This document shows positions 1 through 9,204 of a DNA stretch of 61,427 nt, one piece after another. Source of the stretch: a virus (lineage: Duplodnaviria > Caudoviricetes). The translations under genes and the position numbers were made by a program. Within the stretch, counting starts at the first letter, position 1. Each line of letters opens with the position of its first letter. The notes beneath the pieces were generated by a model. It had not been told where the DNA came from and made no database searches. It saw only the letters and a program-made list of their open reading frames with translations. The stretch is from the IMG/VR virus record IMGVR_UViG_3300035670_000214, positions 1-61,427 of that record; one strand, given 5' to 3'.

Positions 1-127
1 GGTAAGACGCAAACCTGCTCCCGGCTTACAGCTTGGGTGCTTGCTGAGAACCATCCACATTGGTCCAGACCCAAAAGCTGGAACAAGGAACCTCTTCTTC
101 TTCTCGTCTGCGGACGTACTGGAAAGC
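1..127. repeat. 127-bp terminal direct repeat (copy 1); assembly overlap of a circular contig
   Basis: Identical to 61301-61427; lies inside terL; 127 is a common assembler k-mer size. Confidence 0.95.
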
Positions 128-1263
128 AGCTAGAGGAATCTCTCGTACCACGTATCTGTGCCTACCTACCTAGCGAAGATTACAAGGTAGTACGTATAGG
201 CAATATCACCCAACGTATAGAACACGTCAACGGTAACCGTATAGTATTCCAATCACTAGAGAATCCACAGTTAGCCCGCGAGCGCGTCCAGTCCTACGTA
301 GCCAATTTCGTCTGGGTAGACGAGATGCCATCGACAGTTCAGATTATAAACGAACTACTGATGCGTGTTCAATCAAAACAAGGCTACTTCATAGCTAGTT
401 TTACCCCACTCGTCCACAATGCTGAAATACGCAAAATGGTAGACGAGGTTGCAGAGAATATAGGAAAGAAATATCGCTTCCGGATGTTCGATAACCCCAT
501 CTATTCTGACCCAGAACGCCAGGCCCAACTATTAGCTTCTTACGCTCACCTTACCGATATAGAGCGTAACTGTCGTCTCAATGGCGATTGGATGGAAGCA
601 GAGAGTGCGGTATGGCATATTGACCGTGACTTCATGACTGAGACCCCACCAAATTACCACCCAAGCTGGCGTCACGTAGAAGCTTCAGACCCAGCAGTCA
701 GTAGTAAGTTTGGTATCAGTATCTGGGCTGAATGTCCAGAGAACGGTATCTGGTATTGTATCAGGGACGACTACATTGAAGGTATAGCTGCCCCAGACGA
801 CATTGTAGCCGAAGTGAAACGTAGGACAGCTAACATTAACATCATGCGCCGTATCTGTGACCCGCATGAGAGCTGGTACCTAGGCCAAGCGTCCAAGGCA
901 AAATTAAGCTACATCTGTCCTAAAAAGGATGGACGTAAAGACGAGATGATAAAGAACTTGCAAACAGCCCTGAGCTCAGGCAAAATCAAGATTGCCCCTT
1001 GGTGCACCAGATTGGTAGATGAATTAGAACGAGCGCAGTGGTCCGTAACTGACACTAACAAGGCTAGAATAGTAGGCGGTAGTAAGCTACACTTGGCAGA
1101 TACCGCACAATACTTCGTAGACCTTATACCCCAAGCTAGTAAGGACTACCAAGCAAAACCCTGGCATGCTGAACTTCGCCAAGCTAATGAGGAAAGAAAA
1201 GCTACGGTACTAGAACAGCGTATGCTAAAAGTAGGAAAGAAGAAAAGATGGATAATACGTTAA
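1..1263 (+). CDS. terL: Terminase large subunit, 3' part (starts at 61124, spans the junction, about 479 aa in total)
   Basis: Walker A ASNQSGKT spans the junction; Walker B FVWVDE; C-terminal RNase H-like acidic residues (ASDP, HLADTAQY); portal follows. Confidence 0.92.
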   Translation, partial: GKTQTCSRLTAWVLAENHPHWSRPKSWNKEPLLLLVCGRTGKQLEESLVPRICAYLPSEDYKVVRIGNITQRIEHVNGNRIVFQSLENPQLARERVQSYVANFVWVDEMPSTVQIINELLMRVQSKQGYFIASFTPLVHNAEIRKMVDEVAENIGKKYRFRMFDNPIYSDPERQAQLLASYAHLTDIERNCRLNGDWMEAESAVWHIDRDFMTETPPNYHPSWRHVEASDPAVSSKFGISIWAECPENGIWYCIRDDYIEGIAAPDDIVAEVKRRTANINIMRRICDPHESWYLGQASKAKLSYICPKKDGRKDEMIKNLQTALSSGKIKIAPWCTRLVDELERAQWSVTDTNKARIVGGSKLHLADTAQYFVDLIPQASKDYQAKPWHAELRQANEERKATVLEQRMLKVGKKKRWIIR

Positions 1264-1439
1264 GTCTTTGGTTAAGCTTAAGCATAATTCTACCTGTACT
1301 AATCACCATGCTTAGCGTACTGGTATACATGCAGTTAAAGTTACGACGTGAACTGAAACTAGCTAAACAGAAGATGCGAGAAGGTACCTTAAAACGTAAT
1401 CATAAGAGACTATACCTTATAGACACGGAGCGTAAATAA
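1248..1439 (+). CDS. Small single-pass membrane protein
   Basis: Hydrophobic N-terminus and basic tail; fills the terL-portal gap and overlaps both genes. Confidence 0.55.
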   Translation: MDNTLSLWLSLSIILPVLITMLSVLVYMQLKLRRELKLAKQKMREGTLKRNHKRLYLIDTERK

Positions 1440-3463
1440 TGGCTAAGATTATGCGATGGACACCTGAGCAGGCTAAGAAGGAACTAGCTAAAAGGCTTAA
1501 GTTCGCCAAAGAGCAGAGGATACGTCTAGAGTCTGAATGGGACAGTAACGAGTCTACCGTCATGAATGCAGCTGGAGAAACGTCCCGCGTAAACATGGGA
1601 GTTGACTGGAATAGCGGCTCCTTGATAGAGGATATCGACCAATCAGATAGCGACATCGGAGTTAACTATGCTTTTAAAAATTTCCGTTTCATCCATAGCC
1701 AACTGTGCGCAAACCCTCCTACTGTTATACCACGTCCAACTAGTAGCGACTTATCAGACCGTAGAAAAGCTGATGCGGCAGATAGGCTAGTCCGCTACGC
1801 CATGCGTACCTATGGCCTTCCTGACGTATTCGCTCAGGCTAGCTACTACGCCTTGGAGTTCGGTACTGGCTTCATTAAGACTACTTGGGATACTGAAGCA
1901 GGTGAACCATTAGACTTCGATGAAGAAACTGGCGAGCTCACAATGGAGGGCGATATCCAGTTTAAATCCCTAAGCCCCCGTAGTGTCTTCCTTGACCCAG
2001 ACGCGACGAGATGGTCAGAAGTTAAATACGTAATCGAACTAATGTATATGCCTTATGAGGAAGCTATCTATCGTTTCCCAGAGAAAGCCGAGGAGCTTAA
2101 AAAGTATAGAAGAGAGCAGGCTGGTTACTCAGCGGAGGCTCCAATCTCCTACGATAGCGCATTTAAAACTAGCCCTTACGACGTGGTCGAGATATACGAA
2201 TACTACGAGAAGGGATTACCATACAACGGTATGATAGGCAGGCACTGCTACTTTCTGGTAGACGGCACTCCATTGACTGACATGGCACCTAACCCTTTCC
2301 GTTTCACTAGCCCTAAAGACAGAGGACTTGGTCTTCCAGAGCAGGCGTTAAATGAGGAAGCCAAGGATTTACCGGCTACTGCCTATCTTCCTTACCACAT
2401 CTTAACTGACATTGATGTAGGTGGTTCTGTCTGGGGTCGTTCGTTTATAGCTTACGAGGCTCCGCTACAATCAACCTATAATAGGGTGCTTAGCTCCTTG
2501 CTTGATTGCGTGCAAGCCCATGGCGTCACCAGGGTATTGCTACCAGAGGGCGCTGAGATTGCTGACAAGTCCATCACCAATAGTCCGTGGGATATAGTTA
2601 GGTTCACTGGAAACCAGGAACCTAAATTCATGGAACCTATGCCATTTCCTCCAGCTGCAGCTGACCTACTCCAACTCGTTAAGCAGGGTGGAGATGATAT
2701 GGCCGCTGTCAACGAGTCAATGTTCGGACAACAATCCAGGGAACAATCTGGCTTTAGCATGCAATACGCTACCAATCAAGGCAACATGATACGCCGCCGA
2801 CTCTTCGATAAGTACGTCACCTTGGTCGAGAACGTTTACAAGGCATACCTTAACCTCGTCAGAAAGCATTGGTCTGAACCTAGAACCATATTAGTATTGG
2901 GTAAAGAGAAGGCTTTTGAATCTATCGACATTCAAGGCGCTGACATTGATGGTGGATTCGACCTGGTTGTGGAATATGGTGCCAGCTTGTCGCTTGACCC
3001 TACTAGCCGTAGGCAGGAATTGCTACAGTTGTTCCCAATTTTCCAACAAGCTGAGACTGACCCAGCTGCTAAGAAGCTCTTGAGTATGCTGAGGCTAAAT
3101 GAGCTAGAAGGTATGTATGACCGTATCCAGCTAGCAGCCGATAGACAGAGGGAGATATTCGAGGAAATGATAGCTACTGACATGTACATAGCTCCAGCTG
3201 AAGCCGAGGACGACGTCAACATGCTAGCTTGGGCATCAGATTACCGCATGAGTGCAGAGTTCAAATACCTTAAGCCTGAACATCAATTGCTTATACTCCG
3301 TCACATTAAGGAAAGAGCTATGAAGGTAGCCCAGACTGCAGGCGGCATGCCGGGTCCTGGGGGCCCAGGTGGAGGCGGAGCAGCAGCAGGTCAATTACCA
3401 GTAGTACCAGGCGGAGCACCTATGGATATCGCGGCAAGTCCCGCAGCAATGCTTCAGAAGTGA
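1439..3463 (+). CDS. Portal protein (P22-like)
   Basis: 674 aa after terL; DRRKADAA, FGTGFIKTTWD and VFLDPDA motifs typical of P22-like portals; Gly/Pro-rich tail. Confidence 0.88.
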   Translation: MAKIMRWTPEQAKKELAKRLKFAKEQRIRLESEWDSNESTVMNAAGETSRVNMGVDWNSGSLIEDIDQSDSDIGVNYAFKNFRFIHSQLCANPPTVIPRPTSSDLSDRRKADAADRLVRYAMRTYGLPDVFAQASYYALEFGTGFIKTTWDTEAGEPLDFDEETGELTMEGDIQFKSLSPRSVFLDPDATRWSEVKYVIELMYMPYEEAIYRFPEKAEELKKYRREQAGYSAEAPISYDSAFKTSPYDVVEIYEYYEKGLPYNGMIGRHCYFLVDGTPLTDMAPNPFRFTSPKDRGLGLPEQALNEEAKDLPATAYLPYHILTDIDVGGSVWGRSFIAYEAPLQSTYNRVLSSLLDCVQAHGVTRVLLPEGAEIADKSITNSPWDIVRFTGNQEPKFMEPMPFPPAAADLLQLVKQGGDDMAAVNESMFGQQSREQSGFSMQYATNQGNMIRRRLFDKYVTLVENVYKAYLNLVRKHWSEPRTILVLGKEKAFESIDIQGADIDGGFDLVVEYGASLSLDPTSRRQELLQLFPIFQQAETDPAAKKLLSMLRLNELEGMYDRIQLAADRQREIFEEMIATDMYIAPAEAEDDVNMLAWASDYRMSAEFKYLKPEHQLLILRHIKERAMKVAQTAGGMPGPGGPGGGGAAAGQLPVVPGGAPMDIAASPAAMLQK

Positions 3464-3506
3464 TACTGATTCACTAGCATCAATAATATTACTGTTGACT
3501 AGCTCC

Positions 3507-3535
3507 TTGACTTGCTGTTATTATTAGACTGTAAT
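3507..3535 (+). promoter_or_regulatory. sigma70-like promoter of the dut-nrdJ cassette
   Basis: TTGACT-N17-TGTAAT followed by the AAGGAG RBS of dut. Confidence 0.6.
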
Positions 3536-3554
3536 CACAAGGAGAATTACATAG

Positions 3555-3995
3555 ATGAAACTACGTATACAGCGATTGCACCCAGATGCTAAGCTGCCTC
3601 TGCGAGCTACCCCAGGCGCTGCCGGTTATGACCTAACAGCGGTCAGCGTAAAGCACGACCCAGAATTACACACTTGGACCTACGACACAGGCTTAGCCTT
3701 TGAACTTCCTATGGGCTACGAGGGCCAACTGCGTCCTAGGTCTAGCATTTACAAGACTGGCGCAGTGTTGGCCAATTCTGTAGGTACGCTGGACAGTGAC
3801 TACCGAGGACCAGTCAAACTGGTATTTCTATCTCACCACCAACCATACCAGGTTGGCGAACGTATAGCTCAGCTCATCATTGCTAAAGTAGAGACAGCCA
3901 ATTTCGAGGTAGTGGACGACCTGTCTGCAACCGAGAGAAATCAGGGTGGATTTGGTTCTACTGGCAATGGGAGCTTAGGATATGGCAAACTATAA
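3555..3995 (+). CDS. dut: Trimeric dUTPase
   Basis: All five motifs present: AGYDL, RSS, GTLDSDYRG, RIAQL, RNQGGFGSTG. Confidence 0.97.
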   Translation: MKLRIQRLHPDAKLPLRATPGAAGYDLTAVSVKHDPELHTWTYDTGLAFELPMGYEGQLRPRSSIYKTGAVLANSVGTLDSDYRGPVKLVFLSHHQPYQVGERIAQLIIAKVETANFEVVDDLSATERNQGGFGSTGNGSLGYGKL

Positions 3996-4203
3996 CGACA
4001 AGTCTGAAAAGCCCAACTATAGTTCCGCTATGGAGATGGGCAAAGGTAAATATGGTGTTTACGTCACCTTTACCAAAGAGGAATTGGAGAAGATTCAAGC
4101 TCATTGCAACGGCATGCGGGTCAATCTGTCAAAGTGGATAAGCAACATGGTACGCGATGAGCTAATGTTAACCGACATCATGGATAAATCAAAGGACGTC
4201 TAA
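3982..4203 (+). CDS. Putative ribbon-helix-helix DNA-binding protein
   Basis: Strand GVYVTF followed by two helices (EELEKIQAHC / NLSKWISNMVRDEL). Confidence 0.55.
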   Translation: MANYNDKSEKPNYSSAMEMGKGKYGVYVTFTKEELEKIQAHCNGMRVNLSKWISNMVRDELMLTDIMDKSKDV

Positions 4204-7037
4204 TGAGCTGGCAGAATCCGTCGCAAGAATTCGTTTACCTACGTACCTACGCTAGATACCTTACTGAAGAGCAGAGAAGAGAGACTTGGCCTGAGACCGT
4301 AGACAGAGTAGTCTCCTTCCTTAAATTGCAGAGAGCTAATGTTCCAGCCAAGGTCTGGATTAAACTTACGAAGTATATGTTAAATCTGGACGTACTTCCT
4401 AGCATGCGACTTGTCTGGGCAGCTGGCCCAGCGGCAGCTAGGTGTAACGTACCCATCTACAATTGTTCCTTCGTAGAGATGAAGGACATTCAATCCTTCA
4501 GCGAGATGTTATATGTACTTATGTGCGGCACTGGTGTTGGCTTTAGTGTGCAGGCTTGCCACGTGGAGCAGCTACCGGAAGTTCCTAAATTCCCGCTACA
4601 GCAGGAATATATCGAGCACAAGGTCGAAGACAGTAAAGAAGGATGGGCCGATTCCCTGAAATTACTGTTAGAGCAGTTATTTTTGGGCAAGAGCGTAAAC
4701 TTTGATTATTCCGCTATCCGGCCTAAAGGAGCGCGGCTGGCTACCATGGGCGGTAGAGCCTCTGGCCCAGAGCCACTCGTAGTCTTGCATCAATTCGTGA
4801 AGGATACCCTGCACGCTGCCCAAGGCCGTAAACTTAAGCCTATAGAAGTCCACGACATTTGCAATAAGATAGCCGAGATAGTGGTAGTTGGTGGCGTTAG
4901 GCGTAGCAGTCAAATTAGCCTCTCTGACCTTAATGATGAGGACATGCGCCACGCTAAGGACTGGCCCTGCCCTATCCACAGGTTCATGGCTAATAATAGC
5001 GCAGTATATCTGGAACGTCCAGACGCGGTACAGTTCATGAAGGAGTGGCACGCTCTGGCAGCTTCTGGCTCAGGTGAGCGTGGTATATTTAACTTGGGTT
5101 CCGTCCGAACTAATTCGCCTAAACGTAGAAACAAGGAGCTTATCTCAGGCACTAATCCCTGCGTACCCGGCGATACCGAGATATTGACACGTCAAGGTTA
5201 CCAGCGTATTGACCAATTACTCGGTCAAGAGGTAGAAGTCTGGAACGGTTTTGAATGGTCCAAAGTAGAACCAAAGATTACTGGAGAGAATCAAGCTATA
5301 GTAAAGGTCACCCTATCCAATGGACGCTCTTTACGCTGTACACCCGCACACAAGTGGGTAATAGCTGAAGGATACAACGGTAAAACTAAACGACTTAGAG
5401 CAGATGAATTAGCTGTAGGTATGAAGCTAATAAAGCATGAATATCCTGTTATAAAAGAAGGACGTAGGTTCGAGCAGGCTTATACTCAAGGCTTTATCTC
5501 AGCAGATGGCATGGATGATTACGACTTCTTATACTTGTATGAAACTAAGTTCGTCTGTGAATCTAGATTAGTAGGTCAAGCGGTAGGTAGTGGATACACT
5601 AGCCTTAATGGAACTGAGCGTAAAACTTTTAAGCTTGACTTTCAGCCTATGTCTAAAGACTATGTACCATTCGACTGTGACCTTCAATCTAGGCTAGATT
5701 GGCTAGCAGGGTTATTAGATGGAGATGGTACAGAATTAAAAGAGGGCGGAGTTCAAGTTAGCTCAGTTAATAGGTCATTCCTTCTCGAAGTACAAAAGTT
5801 ACTTACCACCTGTGGCGTAGCATCGAAAGTAACGCTAGGTAATCCAGCTGGGCATCGAATAATGCCAGATGGCAGAGGCGGAGTTAAAGCCTACCTCTGC
5901 CAAGAGGGATATAGATTACTTATAGGCGCAACACAGATGCAAGAGCTAAAAGAACTGGGTCTTAAGTGTGAGCGTTTGAAGCTGGAAGCAAGTCCTAACC
6001 GTGATGCTTCTAGATTTGTAACTATTGCTAGTATTGAAGAGGATGGAGTCGAGGAACTAGTATATTGCTTCACTGAGCCACTCCGCAACCTAGGCTGTTT
6101 CGATGGTATAATAACAGGGCAGTGCGGCGAGATTGCCCTGCGTGACAAGCAGTTCTGTAACCTATCTACTGTCATCGTCAGACCTGAGGACACCCTTACT
6201 AGCCTACTCGATAAGGTAGAGACTGCTGCTTGGATAGGCACAATCCAGGCTTCATTTACCAACTTCCCTTACCTCCGTAAAGAGTGGAGTGAGAACTGTA
6301 AGGAGGAGGCCCTCCTTGGGGTCAGCCTATCGGGCCAGATGGACAATGTTCCCTTGCTCACCAAACAGACCTTAGCTGAGCTGAAACGTAAATGCGTCGA
6401 GGTAAATAAGCACGCGGCTGAGGTATTAGGTATTAAGCAGGCTGCTGCGATAACCTGCGGTAAGCCTGAGGGTACTACTAGCCAACTTACCTTCAGCGGC
6501 TCTGGCTGTCACCCTTGGTACTCAAAATACTTTATCCGTAGGTACCGTATATCTGCTAGCGACCCTCTCTGTCACCTATTAAAGGAGTCTGGTGCTCCCC
6601 TTGTCCCGGAGGTAGGCCAGACCTGGGAGACAGCCAATACCCTTGTGGTAGAGTTTCCGTGCAAGGCCCCCGAAGGGGCCATCTTGCGTGAACAGGTATC
6701 AGCTCTGGACCAGTTAAAGTGGTATAAGCGGGTACAGACCAACTGGTGCGAACATAATCAGTCCATCACCGTCTACGTCAAGCCTGACGAGTGGTTCGAC
6801 GTAGGTAACTGGGTATATAAGAACTGGGACATAGCGTGCGGTCTATCCTTCCTGCCCTACGATGGCGGTAACTACCAGCTAGCTCCCTATGAGGAAATCT
6901 CGCAGGAGGAGTACCAAGACCGGTTAGCCAGGTTCCCGACTATCGACTACTCCCAGTTATGGAAGTACGAGCAGGAAGACCAGACTGAAGGAGCTAAAAC
7001 TTACGCTTGCGTTGGCGATAAGTGTGAGCTAAGCTGA
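4203..7037 (+). CDS. nrdJ: Class II (B12-dependent, monomeric-type) ribonucleotide reductase with an intein
   Basis: PSMR, YNC, GTGVGFS, GGVRRS, TNPC|GEI, FCNL, KPEGT motifs and C-terminal CVGDKC; no small subunit in the genome. Confidence 0.93.
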   Translation: MSWQNPSQEFVYLRTYARYLTEEQRRETWPETVDRVVSFLKLQRANVPAKVWIKLTKYMLNLDVLPSMRLVWAAGPAAARCNVPIYNCSFVEMKDIQSFSEMLYVLMCGTGVGFSVQACHVEQLPEVPKFPLQQEYIEHKVEDSKEGWADSLKLLLEQLFLGKSVNFDYSAIRPKGARLATMGGRASGPEPLVVLHQFVKDTLHAAQGRKLKPIEVHDICNKIAEIVVVGGVRRSSQISLSDLNDEDMRHAKDWPCPIHRFMANNSAVYLERPDAVQFMKEWHALAASGSGERGIFNLGSVRTNSPKRRNKELISGTNPCVPGDTEILTRQGYQRIDQLLGQEVEVWNGFEWSKVEPKITGENQAIVKVTLSNGRSLRCTPAHKWVIAEGYNGKTKRLRADELAVGMKLIKHEYPVIKEGRRFEQAYTQGFISADGMDDYDFLYLYETKFVCESRLVGQAVGSGYTSLNGTERKTFKLDFQPMSKDYVPFDCDLQSRLDWLAGLLDGDGTELKEGGVQVSSVNRSFLLEVQKLLTTCGVASKVTLGNPAGHRIMPDGRGGVKAYLCQEGYRLLIGATQMQELKELGLKCERLKLEASPNRDASRFVTIASIEEDGVEELVYCFTEPLRNLGCFDGIITGQCGEIALRDKQFCNLSTVIVRPEDTLTSLLDKVETAAWIGTIQASFTNFPYLRKEWSENCKEEALLGVSLSGQMDNVPLLTKQTLAELKRKCVEVNKHAAEVLGIKQAAAITCGKPEGTTSQLTFSGSGCHPWYSKYFIRRYRISASDPLCHLLKESGAPLVPEVGQTWETANTLVVEFPCKAPEGAILREQVSALDQLKWYKRVQTNWCEHNQSITVYVKPDEWFDVGNWVYKNWDIACGLSFLPYDGGNYQLAPYEEISQEEYQDRLARFPTIDYSQLWKYEQEDQTEGAKTYACVGDKCELS
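5160..6122 (+). mobile_element. Intein (321 aa) with LAGLIDADG homing endonuclease, at the RNR active-site Cys
   Basis: N-junction TNP|CVPGDTEILT; block B CTPAHKW; QGFISADG and WLAGLLDGDG; C-junction IITGQ|CGEI. Confidence 0.93.
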
Positions 7038-7154
7038 GTACCAGTATGTTGTCAATCCGTCCACTTATTGGCACATTATGACAATTATTTAACATTCTAG
7101 TAGCGTATGTGGTAAGATAATTGCAATAAATGCAGTTAGGTTTCTGCGGAGGGA

Positions 7155-7853
7155 TTGCTGGTGTACGCACGTCTCGTTAGCTATACGCAATGGAGTCCGG
7201 AATACTTGGCTCTATCAGGTATCCCAGACGGCCTGGTGAGCCCGGAGGGACCTGTCGCCTACACGGCGCGGGTCTCCTCCCCTAACCCTCTGAATGAATC
7301 CTACGAGCGGTTGCTAAGCTACTGCATTCGCAAAGGACACTGGTCCGTCTTTGAGATGGTTGATGCTACCGTGGAACTGGAGACCAGTAGGGCAATTGCG
7401 GCTCAGATATTGCGACACCGGTCCTTTACCTTCCAAGAATTTAGCCAAAGATATTCAGCAGTTGAGCCTAATTACGAAGCTTCTACATGCCGTATGCAAG
7501 ACAGTAAGAATAGACAGTCCAGTTTACCTTGCGATGACGAGGAATTACGCATGTGGTGGGAATACACGCAGAACGCGCAAGCAGAACGCGCATTCGCCAA
7601 CTATGAGCTAGCCATACAGTTAGGGATAGCCAAGGAGGTAGCCAGGATGCTCCTCCCTATGTCCGTTACCACGAAGCTATACATGAAGGGTAGCCTAAGA
7701 AGCTGGCTCCATTACCTGAACACCAGGCTCGACCCTAGTACCCAACTGGAGCACAGGGAGCTGGCCCAGGCCATATTGACGCAGTTAGCCCCGGTCTACC
7801 CAGTAATCTTCCAGGCAGCCCAGGACGTGTACCCCAACCTGACCCGAATCTGA
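7155..7853 (+). CDS. thyX: Flavin-dependent thymidylate synthase
   Basis: HWSVFE, QILRHRSFTFQEFSQRY, AKEVARMLLP, TQLEHR; exact start uncertain. Confidence 0.96.
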   Translation: MLVYARLVSYTQWSPEYLALSGIPDGLVSPEGPVAYTARVSSPNPLNESYERLLSYCIRKGHWSVFEMVDATVELETSRAIAAQILRHRSFTFQEFSQRYSAVEPNYEASTCRMQDSKNRQSSLPCDDEELRMWWEYTQNAQAERAFANYELAIQLGIAKEVARMLLPMSVTTKLYMKGSLRSWLHYLNTRLDPSTQLEHRELAQAILTQLAPVYPVIFQAAQDVYPNLTRI

Positions 7854-7900
7854 CCCGAAAATCCCTTTCGGGTCCTGCTAATCGGGTCAAATATTGACCG
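7840..7900. repeat. Nested inverted repeat of TGACCCGA boxes (terminator or operator)
   Basis: TGACCCGA at 7840 and 7851; complements at 7866-7874 and 7882-7889; partial copy at 7895. Confidence 0.6.
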
Positions 7901-7983
7901 GTTTAATATTGTCTAGCATACTGTACATATTGGTCTGTTACGTTCACTACAATAAACTTTTACGTTCCGTAGAAAAAAAAGAC

Positions 7984-8012
7984 TTGACAACTAGCGTAAG
8001 CTATGAGATTGT
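7984..8012 (+). promoter_or_regulatory. Putative late promoter for scaffold and capsid
   Basis: A-tract, then TTGACA-N17-GATTGT with a TGn extension. Confidence 0.5.
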
Positions 8013-8086
8013 GTATATTGCACATCCCTCCTTAGGCACTGGCGCGGGGCCGGTAGCCATTTTAGGGCCTGCTTTTGGAGTCTACC

Positions 8087-9193
8087 ATGTCTAACGCAAA
8101 TGAAGTACTGACCGCCCTTTCCAACGGAACTGCCGACCAAATCAGTGATTGGTCAACCGGAGATGCCCCTGGCCTGAATATCAGTGCTGACAGCGGAAGC
8201 TCAGACTCCCCACTTAATACTTATGAATCCTACCTTCAATCTTTGGAGAAGCCAGAGGACGAAGCCGTAGAAGGAACCCAGCCACCCCAACCAGAAGCAG
8301 CAGATTCGGTTGATTCACCGGCCAGTGAATCCCAAGACCTCCCGGCCACGGAGGAAATCTACGTAACGCTGGAAGACGGGCGCAGGGCGAAAATTACAGC
8401 TGACTACTCAGACCGAAACAAGATTAAGAAGGCTTATGAAATGGCTGCCGGGATGCGTAAGTTCGCCGCCGAAAGGGACAAGGAGCGAACCCGCGTCAAG
8501 GAGCTTGATAGCAAAATGCAGGAGCTGAAAGGTACCTGGGATAAGCTGGAAAATGCCTACCAAACCGGCGGCATCGAAGGACTTATCGACCTACTGGAAG
8601 GCCGAGCAGGAGCTAGTAAAGACTACATAGCCAAACGTCTTGAGCAGGAGCGGTTGCGGGAAGCAATGAGCCCTGCCGAGCGAGCCCAGCTGGACATGCA
8701 AGAACGACTCGAGATGGACCGTCGCCAGCGCGAAGCGCAGGAACGTATCCAACGACTAGAGCTTGACAAGATGCAGCAGAGACTCGCCGAGGCTGACGAG
8801 AAGGAAACACGGGCGTTAATAACCCCGGCCTTCGAGAAGTACCGTTTCACGGGCAAACTGGGAGACCCAGTAGCTGAACACCACTTCGACCAGGCTGTAT
8901 GGATGCAGGCACTGTCGAATCTGGAACAGCTAGATGACGACCAGATTACCCCGCAAGTTATCGACAGGGAGTTCGCAAAGGTTAGCAGTGCGTTCGCCAG
9001 GGCAGCAAAGACCCAGGCGGCTAAGGCTACTAAGCAAGCAGTCGATACCAAGAAACAGGAAGCCAAGACTCAGGCAGCAGTATCAGCCATGAAGGGTATG
9101 AATACCGACAGTCGGGAAAAAGACCTGACGAAACGTCTATGGGCCGGTGATGGCGTAGGCGTATTAAAAGACCTATTAATGAAAAAGAAATAA
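8087..9193 (+). CDS. Capsid scaffolding protein
   Basis: Acidic disordered N-terminus and long coiled coil directly upstream of MCP; GGAG RBS before ATG 8087. Confidence 0.75.
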   Translation: MSNANEVLTALSNGTADQISDWSTGDAPGLNISADSGSSDSPLNTYESYLQSLEKPEDEAVEGTQPPQPEAADSVDSPASESQDLPATEEIYVTLEDGRRAKITADYSDRNKIKKAYEMAAGMRKFAAERDKERTRVKELDSKMQELKGTWDKLENAYQTGGIEGLIDLLEGRAGASKDYIAKRLEQERLREAMSPAERAQLDMQERLEMDRRQREAQERIQRLELDKMQQRLAEADEKETRALITPAFEKYRFTGKLGDPVAEHHFDQAVWMQALSNLEQLDDDQITPQVIDREFAKVSSAFARAAKTQAAKATKQAVDTKKQEAKTQAAVSAMKGMNTDSREKDLTKRLWAGDGVGVLKDLLMKKK

Positions 9194-9204
9194 GGAATAA
9201 GTAA

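Noticed and set aside
1-127. Biological direct terminal repeat
   Set aside because: It falls mid-terL and its length equals a common assembler k-mer, so it indicates circular assembly only
7894-8094. 66-aa TTG ORF before the scaffold
   Set aside because: It spans the palindrome and promoter region, has no RBS, and is better explained as regulatory DNA
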